From positions 25,066 to 89,065 of the forward strand of contig CAZAGG010000001.1 in the NCBI GenBank assembly GCA_964484565.1: a stretch of DNA of 64,000 nucleotides, given 5' to 3'. The notes under the pieces were generated by a model that was given only the letters and a program-made list of their open reading frames with translations, made no database searches and was not told where the DNA came from. The translations under genes and the position numbers were made by a program. Shown here in pieces: positions 10,558 through 19,096 of the stretch. The DNA comes from an uncultured Rickettsiales bacterium. Its GTDB lineage: Bacteria > Pseudomonadota > Alphaproteobacteria > Rickettsiales > CAZAGG01. Position 1 is the stretch's first letter; every line of letters starts with the position of its first letter.

Positions 10558-12234
10558 ATGGTAATTGACGCTGAACGCTGTATAAAGATAGAAGATGGCT
10601 GGCTTGCTGCTGCAAATCCGCCAGAAGAAAAGCACCGCCTAAAAGAATTATATCGCTATAAAGTTCTTGATACGCCACATTCTAATAATTTTGACAACAT
10701 AACAGAGTTGTTAAGCAGACAGCTTAAGACTGCATTTGCACTTGTTTCACTCATAGATACAGATAGGCAATGGTTTAAATCAGCATGTGGAATTGATGCA
10801 GTTGAGACGCCTAGAAATCAAGCATTTTGCGCCCATGCGATATGGGGAAATGAGCCATTTATAGTTCTTAATGCGCTAGAAGATGAAAGATTTCGTAAAA
10901 ATCCGCTTGTGAGTGGCGCGCCGCATATTCGTTTTTATGCGGGAATTCCGTTAATCACCGAAAGGGGATATAAACTCGGAACTCTCTGTGCTATTGATAC
11001 AAGGCCTAGAGCTAGTTTAAGTGATGATGAGATTCACCTTCTCAAATCACTTGGAAAAGTTGTTATAGACGAGCTTGGACTGCATTTATCAAATATTGAG
11101 CTTGCTGATCAATCGAAATCAAAATCAATATTTCTAGCAAATATGAGTCATGAGATACGAACTCCTTTAAATGGTGTAATAGGGATGGCCGATCTACTCA
11201 AAACAACCAATCTTAATGAAGAGCAAAAGAAATATACCGAAACGATTATTAATTCAGGTGAATTACTTCTTGAAATCGTTAATGATGTGCTAGATGTCTC
11301 TAAGATAGAGGCTAATCAGTTAAAGCTAGATTCCATCTGTTTTGATATGCTTTCCTCTATAAAAGAGGTTGTCGAGATTTTAAAGCCGAGGGCTAAAGAC
11401 AAAGGAATTGAAGTTATTCTTGATTACCCAGCAGAAGTTGTCTCACACTTTAAGGGGGATCCATTAAGAATTAGGCAGATAGTAATGAATCTGCTAAGTA
11501 ACGCGATAAAATTCACCAATAAAGGCAGTGTTGCAATTCGAATTAAGCAAATTGCAAGAAACATCGATAATGCAACAATTAAACTTGAAGTTGAAGATAC
11601 TGGAATTGGAATGAGTGCCGCAGTTCAAGAAAAAATATTCCAAGATTTTATGCAGGCTGATATTTCCACCACCCGCGAGTTTGGTGGAACAGGTTTAGGG
11701 CTTTCCATATGTCGCCACCTTGTCACCATGATGGGAGGGGAAATCAGCGTTCATAGTATAGTCGGGAAAGGTTCAACTTTTCAGGTAACCGTTACAATGC
11801 CTATTGCAGAGGAAAATAATATATCCTCTCAAGATAATAGCTCAGTCGTGCGAGCAAAAAATCAGTTACAAGGAATTAAGGTTTTAATTGCTGAAGATAA
11901 CATAGTTAATCAAATGGTTATTAGTCAGATTTTAACTAATATTGGTTGTGAAATTACAGTTGCAAACGATGGTGAAGAAGCTCTCAATAAAGCAACATCT
12001 GCGGAGTTTGATATTATATTGATGGATTGCCACATGCCTAAAAGAGATGGGCAAGAAGTTACCCGAATACTTCGTTCAAATAATAAAACAAAAGATAGAA
12101 TAATAATCGCATTAACGGCAAGTGCATTAAAAGAAGATAAAGAAGCCTGTTTAAACTCAGGAATGAATGACTTCTTAAGCAAGCCAGTAAAACAAAATCA
12201 AGTGATTGATATGCTTTGTAAATGGGCTGTTTAA
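10558..12234 (+). CDS. hybrid sensor histidine kinase (GAF - HisKA - HATPase_c - REC)
   Basis: 558 aa. It has an N-terminal GAF-like region, H-box FLANMSHEIRTPLNG, N/G boxes (LLSNAIKFT, DTGIGM, GGTGLGLSI), and a C-terminal receiver (KVLIAEDN...ILMDCHMPKRDG...ALTASA). Confidence 0.85.
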   Translation: MVIDAERCIKIEDGWLAAANPPEEKHRLKELYRYKVLDTPHSNNFDNITELLSRQLKTAFALVSLIDTDRQWFKSACGIDAVETPRNQAFCAHAIWGNEPFIVLNALEDERFRKNPLVSGAPHIRFYAGIPLITERGYKLGTLCAIDTRPRASLSDDEIHLLKSLGKVVIDELGLHLSNIELADQSKSKSIFLANMSHEIRTPLNGVIGMADLLKTTNLNEEQKKYTETIINSGELLLEIVNDVLDVSKIEANQLKLDSICFDMLSSIKEVVEILKPRAKDKGIEVILDYPAEVVSHFKGDPLRIRQIVMNLLSNAIKFTNKGSVAIRIKQIARNIDNATIKLEVEDTGIGMSAAVQEKIFQDFMQADISTTREFGGTGLGLSICRHLVTMMGGEISVHSIVGKGSTFQVTVTMPIAEENNISSQDNSSVVRAKNQLQGIKVLIAEDNIVNQMVISQILTNIGCEITVANDGEEALNKATSAEFDIILMDCHMPKRDGQEVTRILRSNNKTKDRIIIALTASALKEDKEACLNSGMNDFLSKPVKQNQVIDMLCKWAV

Positions 12235-12319
12235 CTGTTTATAGAAATATATAATTTACATCTTGCAACAATTGGTTAATATAACTGATGCCAATTCTTA
12301 ACATATTGCAAAGCTATTT

Positions 12320-13069
12320 GTGCGCGTAGACTTAAAAAATAAAATTATATTCCCTAATTCAATTGATCCTGAAACGGAGGCAAGAACTATCAAGTTTTTT
12401 TGTGGCAATTGTGATAAAGAAGAATCAGAAGATTTAATCAATCAAGTTATATGCCATGAAGCTATTTTTAATGTCAGTGGAGACTTTTGGCTAAATGCAT
12501 TGTTTTACATCTCATACTATTATATTGATTTAATTCCTGTCATGATTAAGAAAGGTTCCGATTTAGAATCTAGGGGAGTGAACAATAGAACTATTTTAAT
12601 TTACACCACCTTTTCAAAACATTTAGAAGAACTTTTTCCGTGCCTTTTGAGTTTGGGTGCAAATGTATATGCACAAGATTTTGATGGAAGTAGCTCGGAA
12701 AGAGTAGTTTCTGATTTAAAAGAAAGAGAGTTGGCCTATAAAAATTTTTATGAAAGAAAAAGCGTAGAAGAAGAGGGCGACTACATACCCAAATGTGCTT
12801 CTGATGTTTTTCGCTTAATGTCAGTGTATCCAATTCCGTTTTGTGATAGGAGGCAGAAAATTAATTATTCTGATAATCTTCTTAAGATTATGAGGCATGT
12901 GGAGTGGGAAAAACTTCCAGATGGCAATCAAAGACTTGCGAATATATTGGATGAAATAAGAGAAACTGGCGTTATTTCAGAGCTCACAAAAAATCAAATA
13001 TACAACATCTGTACACCTGAGCTTGCATATAATCGCAACCTTTCTAGAGCAGTGATTTCACGTTTCTAA
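12320..13069 (+). CDS. hypothetical protein, possibly with two degenerate ankyrin-like repeats
   Basis: 249-aa ORF with a GTG start and no convincing SD. The segment LIPVMIKKGSDLESRGVNNRTILIY...LFPCLLSLGANVYAQDFDGSS loosely resembles the ANK consensus. I recognise no other family. Confidence 0.4.
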   Translation: MRVDLKNKIIFPNSIDPETEARTIKFFCGNCDKEESEDLINQVICHEAIFNVSGDFWLNALFYISYYYIDLIPVMIKKGSDLESRGVNNRTILIYTTFSKHLEELFPCLLSLGANVYAQDFDGSSSERVVSDLKERELAYKNFYERKSVEEEGDYIPKCASDVFRLMSVYPIPFCDRRQKINYSDNLLKIMRHVEWEKLPDGNQRLANILDEIRETGVISELTKNQIYNICTPELAYNRNLSRAVISRF

Positions 13070-13145
13070 AAATCAATTGATAAAAGCATTTTCAATATAT
13101 ATTCTCCATAATGAATTGTAAGGTAAATTTTATTTAGAGTATAAC

Positions 13146-13448
13146 TTGGAAAATAAGCACACCGAGATGTTAGAGATGAAAAAGGTTACGATTTACCTTT
13201 TTCTAAAAACGCAAGATGCAACTGGGCAAGATGCATTTTATTATCTTGCAATGAAAGCCAGTAAATTTCCCGAATTTAAAAAAAGAATGCTTGGCTCTCA
13301 GGATGTAAACCTAAAGCAATATGCTGAGATTTTATATTCGGGATACGGCACTAATCCATCTCCCGAAGAAATAAAAAAGATGGAAGATGAATATGGCTTT
13401 AAACACGATAATGTAATTACTCTCGACCTCACTAGTGATAACGGATAA
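13146..13448 (+). CDS. hypothetical small protein
   Basis: 100-aa ORF with a TTG start as listed; in-frame ATGs at 13170 and 13179 are alternatives. It ends 6 nt before the next gene. No recognisable motifs. Confidence 0.4.
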   Translation: MENKHTEMLEMKKVTIYLFLKTQDATGQDAFYYLAMKASKFPEFKKRMLGSQDVNLKQYAEILYSGYGTNPSPEEIKKMEDEYGFKHDNVITLDLTSDNG

Positions 13449-13454
13449 ACAATA

Positions 13455-14174
13455 ATGAAACATAGCAAACCATTAATTGGCCTCACACTTGATCACGAAA
13501 ACGGTGGCGGATATTCAAAAATGCCTTGGTATGCAATAAGAGAAAATTATTGCACAAGCGTTTCAAATGCTGGCGGAGTGCCGTTTCCACTTCCATATGA
13601 TTTAGATAATGTTTCTGTTTATATAAACATGCTCGACGGATTGGTTGTTACTGGCGGGGCTTTTGATATTGATCCATCCTTATTTGGTGAGAGTAATAAA
13701 CATGAAAAGACATCGCCAAAAGAAAACCGTACTCGCTTTGAATATCTTCTTACAAAAGGAATGATTGATAGCAATAAACCAGTTCTAGGCATATGTGGCG
13801 GCGAGCAATTAATAAACGTAGTTCTCGGTGGAACACTAATTCAGCATATTCCTGATGAAATTGAAAACTGTTTAGAGCATGAACAGCCAAACCCAAGAAG
13901 CGAAGCTGGCCACAGTGTTGAAATAATTGAAGGAACTTTGCTGCATAAAATAACCAATCAAAATATTATTGAGGTAAACACAGCCCATCATCAGGCAGTA
14001 AAAAAGGTTGGAAGCGGCGTTGTGATAAATTCTTACTCCCCCGATGGAGTTATTGAAGGAATTGAATATCCAGCAAATAAGTTTTGCTTGGGCGTTCAGT
14101 GGCATCCTGAATATCATGTTACAAATGCGGATACTAAAATATTTGAAGCGTTTATAAGCTCGTGCTCAAAATAA
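13455..14174 (+). CDS. class I glutamine amidotransferase-like peptidase C26 (gamma-glutamyl-GABA hydrolase family)
   Basis: 239 aa with the nucleophile elbow LGICGGEQL and a GVQWHPE histidine motif. Confidence 0.8.
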   Translation: MKHSKPLIGLTLDHENGGGYSKMPWYAIRENYCTSVSNAGGVPFPLPYDLDNVSVYINMLDGLVVTGGAFDIDPSLFGESNKHEKTSPKENRTRFEYLLTKGMIDSNKPVLGICGGEQLINVVLGGTLIQHIPDEIENCLEHEQPNPRSEAGHSVEIIEGTLLHKITNQNIIEVNTAHHQAVKKVGSGVVINSYSPDGVIEGIEYPANKFCLGVQWHPEYHVTNADTKIFEAFISSCSK

Positions 14175-14872
14175 AAGTTCTAACTATATTTCCAGATATA
14201 TTTGCTGGCGCATTGGCATATTCCATTACTGGAAAGGCTATGGATAAAGGGTTTTGGAGCTTGCAGGCAATTAATATTCGAGACTTTGCCCGCGATAAAC
14301 ATAAAAGCGTTGATGACACCCCTTACGGTGGAGGGGCGGGAATGGTAATGCGAGCAGATGTTCTAGGTGATGCATTTGAAGAGGCCGTCAAGGATTTAGA
14401 GTCATATCATGCGATATATCTATCTCCCAAAGGTAACGTTTTCTTGCAGCAAATGGCGAAGAAATTTTCCGAGCTAGATAACTTGATTATTATTTGTGGA
14501 AGATTTGAAGGAATAGATCAAAGATTTCTAGATCATTACGGAATCTCAGAAGTTAGTATTGGAGACTATGTATTAACAGGCGGAGAAATAGCAGCAATGG
14601 TAATAATCGACGCTTCAGTAAGGTTAATTCAAGGGGTTGTGGGTGATAATCACTCCTTAAATGAAGAAAGTTTTAGTTTAGATGAAAATTTTTCTAGCCT
14701 TTTGGAATATCCTCAATATACTAAGCCGCCCGTTTGGAATGAAATTGGGGTTCCAGAAGTTTTGCTATCAGGAAATCACTCTCTAATTAACAAATGGCGA
14801 TATGAAAAATCGCTGGAAATTACAGAGATTCGCAGACCTGACTTGCTTAAAAAGCATTTGGAAAATAAGTAA
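14162..14872 (+). CDS. trmD: tRNA (guanine37-N1)-methyltransferase
   Basis: 236 aa with VLTIFPDIF, DDTPYGGGAGMVM, ICGRFEGIDQR and VLTGGE motifs. It has a GTG start overlapping the previous gene by 13 nt. Confidence 0.9.
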   Translation: MLKIKVLTIFPDIFAGALAYSITGKAMDKGFWSLQAINIRDFARDKHKSVDDTPYGGGAGMVMRADVLGDAFEEAVKDLESYHAIYLSPKGNVFLQQMAKKFSELDNLIIICGRFEGIDQRFLDHYGISEVSIGDYVLTGGEIAAMVIIDASVRLIQGVVGDNHSLNEESFSLDENFSSLLEYPQYTKPPVWNEIGVPEVLLSGNHSLINKWRYEKSLEITEIRRPDLLKKHLENK

Positions 14873-14930
14873 AGTTCTGCTAACAAAGCAGAGTTACATA
14901 GAACGTTAAAATTATGCAAGGTATAGAGCT

Positions 14931-15323
14931 ATGAACCTTTTACAAAAAATAGAACAAGAGCAACTTGAGAAAGTTAGCGCAGGCAAGCAGTTTCCAGATT
15001 TCAAACCAGGTGATACTGTGCGCGTCAACGTTAGAATTATCGAAGGAAATAATGAACGCGTTCAGGCATATGAAGGCCTTTGCATAGCAAGACGTAATAG
15101 AGGCCTTAATTCCTCTTTCACTGTTCGTAAAATTAGTCATGGTGAAGGTGTTGAAAGGGTTTTCCCACTTTACTCTCCTCGTCTAGAGAGCATCCAATTG
15201 GTTCGTCGTGGTGATGTTCGCCGCGCAAAACTCTATTATATTCGTGACCTTTCAGGTAAAGCTGCAAGAATTAAAGAGAAAATGGACTTTAATCGCGGCA
15301 AAAAACAAGCTGAATCTGCATAG
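14931..15323 (+). CDS. rplS: 50S ribosomal protein L19
   Basis: 130 aa with [26 protein letters not shown]...[16 protein letters not shown]. Confidence 0.95.
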   Translation: MNLLQKIEQEQLEKVSAGKQFPDFKPGDTVRVNVRIIEGNNERVQAYEGLCIARRNRGLNSSFTVRKISHGEGVERVFPLYSPRLESIQLVRRGDVRRAKLYYIRDLSGKAARIKEKMDFNRGKKQAESA

Positions 15324-15379
15324 TTTGTTTATTAAGGTTGATATAAGAAAATCGATAATAAAATTAATAAGGTTATAGG

Positions 15380-16786
15380 ATGTCCTCTGCAAGAACGCTT
15401 TATGATAAAATCTTTGATAATCATTTAGTGCACGAGGCGGAGGATGGAACCTGCCTTTTATATGTAGATAAGCAACTTCTTCATGAAGTAACCAGCCCAC
15501 AGGCATTTGAAGGCTTAAGAGTTGCTGGCAGAAAACCTAGAAGGCCAGATGCAGCTCTTGCCGTTGCGGATCATAATGTTCCAACCACAGACAGATCAAA
15601 AGGTATAGCCGACGAGACATCCAGAATTCAGGTAGAGACACTAGAGAAAAACTGCGCTGAATTTGGAATCGAATATTATTCTTTAAGTGATATCAGGCAG
15701 GGAATTGTTCATATTGTAGGGCCAGAGCAAGGTCTTACACAACCAGGAATGACAATAGTTTGTGGAGATAGTCACACCTCAACTCATGGAGCCTTCGGCG
15801 CACTCGCGTTTGGGATTGGAACAACAGAAGTTGAACACGTTCTTGCAACTCAAACTCTTATTCAAAAACGTGCAAAGAATATGCTTATCGAGGTCACAGG
15901 AACATTACCTCAAGGTGTTACCGCGAAGGATATTGTTCTTGCGATTATCGGTAAAATCGGCACGGCTGGCGGCACTGGATACGTCATGGAATATGCAGGC
16001 GATGCAATCACAAGTCTTTCTATGGAAGGAAGAATGACCGTTTGCAACATGTCTATCGAAGCAGGCGCAAGAGCAGGCTTAATTGCGCCAGATGACAAAA
16101 CATTTGAATACCTTAAAGGCAGGCCGCTTTCTCCACACGGAAGCGATTGGGATAAGGCCGTTGCTTTCTGGAAATCTTTACCATCTGATAAAGGTGCAAA
16201 GTATGATAAAGTTGTAAAGCTCGATGCATCAGAAATTATACCTCAAGTAACTTGGGGAACTAGCCCAGAAGATGTTCTGCCAATTACGGGTAAAACTCCA
16301 AACCCAGCGATAGAAAAAGATGAGTCTCGCCGCAAACAAATTGAAAGAGCCCTCGATTATATGGGCTTACAACCTGATTTACCGCTAACAGAGATTAAAT
16401 TTGATAAAGTGTTCATAGGTTCTTGCACCAACGGCAGAATTGAAGATTTAAGGGCGGCAGCAACGGTTGCAAAAGGCAAAAAAGTTGCAGATAACATTAA
16501 ACTTGCAATGATAGTTCCAGGTTCAGGGCTAGTTAAGAAACAAGCAGAAGAAGAAGGCTTACACAAGATATTCATTGAAGCAGGTTTTGAATGGCGCGAG
16601 CCAGGTTGCTCCATGTGCCTTGCAATGAATGCTGATAAGTTAGAGCCTGAAGAAAGATGTGCTTCTACTTCAAACCGCAACTTTGAAGGAAGACAAGGAA
16701 GAGGTGGCAGAACTCACCTAATGAGTCCAGCAATGGCGGTTGCAGCGGCAATTACAGGCAAAATGACCGACGTAAGAGAGTTGTAA
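15380..16786 (+). CDS. leuC: 3-isopropylmalate dehydratase large subunit
   Basis: 468 aa of the aconitase family with VCGDSHT, GSCTNGR and CSMCL(A)MN cluster-ligand motifs. The N-terminus [10 protein letters not shown] is typical of LeuC. Confidence 0.95.
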   Translation: MSSARTLYDKIFDNHLVHEAEDGTCLLYVDKQLLHEVTSPQAFEGLRVAGRKPRRPDAALAVADHNVPTTDRSKGIADETSRIQVETLEKNCAEFGIEYYSLSDIRQGIVHIVGPEQGLTQPGMTIVCGDSHTSTHGAFGALAFGIGTTEVEHVLATQTLIQKRAKNMLIEVTGTLPQGVTAKDIVLAIIGKIGTAGGTGYVMEYAGDAITSLSMEGRMTVCNMSIEAGARAGLIAPDDKTFEYLKGRPLSPHGSDWDKAVAFWKSLPSDKGAKYDKVVKLDASEIIPQVTWGTSPEDVLPITGKTPNPAIEKDESRRKQIERALDYMGLQPDLPLTEIKFDKVFIGSCTNGRIEDLRAAATVAKGKKVADNIKLAMIVPGSGLVKKQAEEEGLHKIFIEAGFEWREPGCSMCLAMNADKLEPEERCASTSNRNFEGRQGRGGRTHLMSPAMAVAAAITGKMTDVREL

Positions 16787-16871
16787 CATTAAACTTTAAT
16801 TATTAATACTTGCTATTAATTATAAACCCTAATAAATGTTTAATCTTTAGACATTTCTTGGAGGGTTTTTT

Positions 16872-18074
16872 ATGAGTTCAAATGGACAAGCTGCAAGCAT
16901 TTACGAGCAGATTGAAAAAGAACTCTCTGATCGTTTAGACATTAAAAAATTTGAAAGACTTCATCACTTCCATCAGATTATTAAGTTATCTATTTTGGGC
17001 TGCTCTGATTTATTGATTAAAATAGATTCCTTTATTGGTGATTATTTAGCCGAGATGGCGAGGGATGAATATAAAATTAATATACCAAGTTTAGATGTTA
17101 TTTATGAGAGAATTAAAGGTATATCTAGCGATATTAACATTTTATTAGGGCAAGATATTGAATCTGATATTAATATCCTTTCTAATTTAGTGAGCAAACT
17201 TTGTGAATATCACGAGGAATTATATGCATGTAAAGATGCGATTGATGAATTTGCACAGGATGCAACTTTTAGCACAAACCAATACGAAAGAGTTCGTAAA
17301 ATACAACAGGATTTTAGTTCAATGACGACTGATTTTTCAGAAATTATCAGCGAGATTGTAACCTATCGCCATCCAATAGCAATTCCCTCTATCCAAACAG
17401 ATATAAAGTCTGAGATTGGACGATTTAGACAAAAGTTTAACGGAGACGCCGATGTAAATAAGTTAGCAGCTTATGTTAATCAAGCTCTTGAATCAGTAAA
17501 ATTTCTTTATGAAGAATCACCCCAGATTATTAATGAAAGTCTTGCTTTAGAAATTTTGGCCGGTGGTATGAAACCAAGTAATATTTATCGCATATTAGAA
17601 GAATCTGCTGATAGGGTCTCTTATCAAGGTAGGAAAGCAACTATAAAACTGCCTGAAATTATGAGCGAAGCACTCAGATTTATAGAACAATTTGGAATTC
17701 GTGACGCTGGATATTTGCGCGTTACCCAAACCTATATATTTGACGCCGCCGAACAATTTAATCAGCTTTATGGGATGATGCAATCTGCATCGAGAGGAGA
17801 GGTTGATATTGCAGAGTTAACTTCACCAAAAGGTGCAGCTACACTTGCAGTTCAAAAGCTAAATAACATAATGGAAAACATCCATAATAATATCTCTGGT
17901 CTTCAAGGTAAATATTCTGAAGAAAAATATGGAATCAACGCCATCTTGAAAAAATTACAGAAACAAATTGAGGCACTGCAAGGCAAAGACATTGTCGAAT
18001 CAGCTAATGTTACAATAGCTGGCAGAGAAAGTAGAGCTGGTGGCATTAGCGGCGCAGTAAATCCTTTTGCATAA
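16872..18074 (+). CDS. hypothetical protein (helical/coiled-coil rich orphan)
   Basis: 400-aa ORF. It has a strong SD (GGAGGG) 7 nt upstream of the ATG and is followed by a clean terminator hairpin. No recognisable domain. Confidence 0.6.
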   Translation: MSSNGQAASIYEQIEKELSDRLDIKKFERLHHFHQIIKLSILGCSDLLIKIDSFIGDYLAEMARDEYKINIPSLDVIYERIKGISSDINILLGQDIESDINILSNLVSKLCEYHEELYACKDAIDEFAQDATFSTNQYERVRKIQQDFSSMTTDFSEIISEIVTYRHPIAIPSIQTDIKSEIGRFRQKFNGDADVNKLAAYVNQALESVKFLYEESPQIINESLALEILAGGMKPSNIYRILEESADRVSYQGRKATIKLPEIMSEALRFIEQFGIRDAGYLRVTQTYIFDAAEQFNQLYGMMQSASRGEVDIAELTSPKGAATLAVQKLNNIMENIHNNISGLQGKYSEEKYGINAILKKLQKQIEALQGKDIVESANVTIAGRESRAGGISGAVNPFA

Positions 18075-18103
18075 GAACAAAACCCAGAGCCAAATACAAA
18101 AAA

Positions 18104-18127
18104 GCCTCACTAAATTGATAGTGAGGC
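18104..18127. terminator. bidirectional rho-independent terminator between the 400-aa orphan and rpmE
   Basis: Perfect 9-bp stem GCCTCACTA / TAGTGAGGC with a 6-nt loop. It is followed by CTTTTATAT on the plus strand and TTTTTTGT on the minus strand. Confidence 0.7.
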
Positions 18128-18164
18128 CTTTTATATATGAGTTAAAAAATAAAAACTTATCTTA

Positions 18165-18440
18165 CTAGTTTTTATTCTCCTCTTCGTTTTTATTCTCTTC
18201 TTCTTTCTTAGCAGAAGATGCAGAGCCAATGCTTCCAAACATATTGTTGAACCTAGCAATACGGCTAGCTTTTTGGTTTACAGACGAGCCGCCGCCATTC
18301 CATGCTGGGTGACTGATTGGGTCAATATCTAATTGAAGGGTATCCCCCTCTTTTCCATAGGTGGAATAAGTTTCAAATTTGGTTCCATTTGTCATGACTA
18401 CAGTTATCTTGTGATAATCTGGGTGAATTCCAGCTTTCAT
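18165..18440 (-). CDS. rpmE: 50S ribosomal protein L31 (no CxxC zinc motif) with acidic/lysine C-terminal tail
   Basis: 91 aa. [10 protein letters not shown]...[13 protein letters not shown] matches L31. The tail ends in [12 protein letters not shown], encoded by an 18-nt tandem duplication. Confidence 0.9.
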   Translation of the reverse strand: MKAGIHPDYHKITVVMTNGTKFETYSTYGKEGDTLQLDIDPISHPAWNGGGSSVNQKASRIARFNNMFGSIGSASSAKKEEENKNEEENKN

Positions 18441-18598
18441 TGACTTAATACTCTCAGTTTAAGTTATTTTTATAATTACGAACGAGGGTTTCTACTTCAA
18501 GATAACCACAATTGCAAGAAAAATCACAAATCACTTTGACGCACATTTTTTTTAACGATATAGCTAATTGCTAGATAATGATAACAGGGGTCTATATA

Positions 18599-19087
18599 AT
18601 GAGTAAAGTATATATTCTATTGCTCGCTTTGGTTGCGATATTTACACCAAAACTATCGAATGCTGGTGAGAGCAACTACTTAACGCTTGGTGCGGGCATA
18701 TATGAAATTGGAGATGATTACTCCAGCGGTGAATATCGCGCAGAATATAGACATAGCAATATATGGAAGCAGCTTTATCCAATTGCGGGGATAAATGCAA
18801 ACACAGATGGCGGAATTTATGGCTTTGGTGGGCTTGCCTACGATTTTTATTTAGGAGATAGTTTCGTAATTATCCCAGCTTTTGCTGTCGGCGCATATGA
18901 AGAGGGCGACAGCAAAGATCTTGGCGGCACACTCGAGTTCAGATCTCAACTTGAATTTGCCTATCAGTTTAAGAATATGTCAAGGCTAGGCATATCATAT
19001 AGTCATATGTCAAACGCAAGTTTATATGAACATAACCCAGGTCAGGAATCTCTTGTTTTGAATTACTCAATTCCTCTTTCAAAATAA
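18599..19087 (+). CDS. outer-membrane acyloxyacyl hydrolase / lipid A 3-O-deacylase (PagL-like)
   Basis: It has a signal peptide (MSKVYILLLALVAIFTPKLSNA), beta-barrel-like alternation, and a C-terminal HMSNASL...NPG motif (the His-x-Ser-Asn catalytic pair of the PagL family). The start was moved to Met8 of the listed ORF. Confidence 0.7.
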   Translation: MSKVYILLLALVAIFTPKLSNAGESNYLTLGAGIYEIGDDYSSGEYRAEYRHSNIWKQLYPIAGINANTDGGIYGFGGLAYDFYLGDSFVIIPAFAVGAYEEGDSKDLGGTLEFRSQLEFAYQFKNMSRLGISYSHMSNASLYEHNPGQESLVLNYSIPLSK

Positions 19088-19096
19088 GATTAGGTA

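Noticed and set aside
14876-14892. 6-bp hairpin TCTGCT-AACAA-AGCAGA between trmD and rplS
   Set aside because: The stem is short with no U-tract, and it lies within a conserved co-transcribed pair. It is not convincing as a terminator or attenuator.
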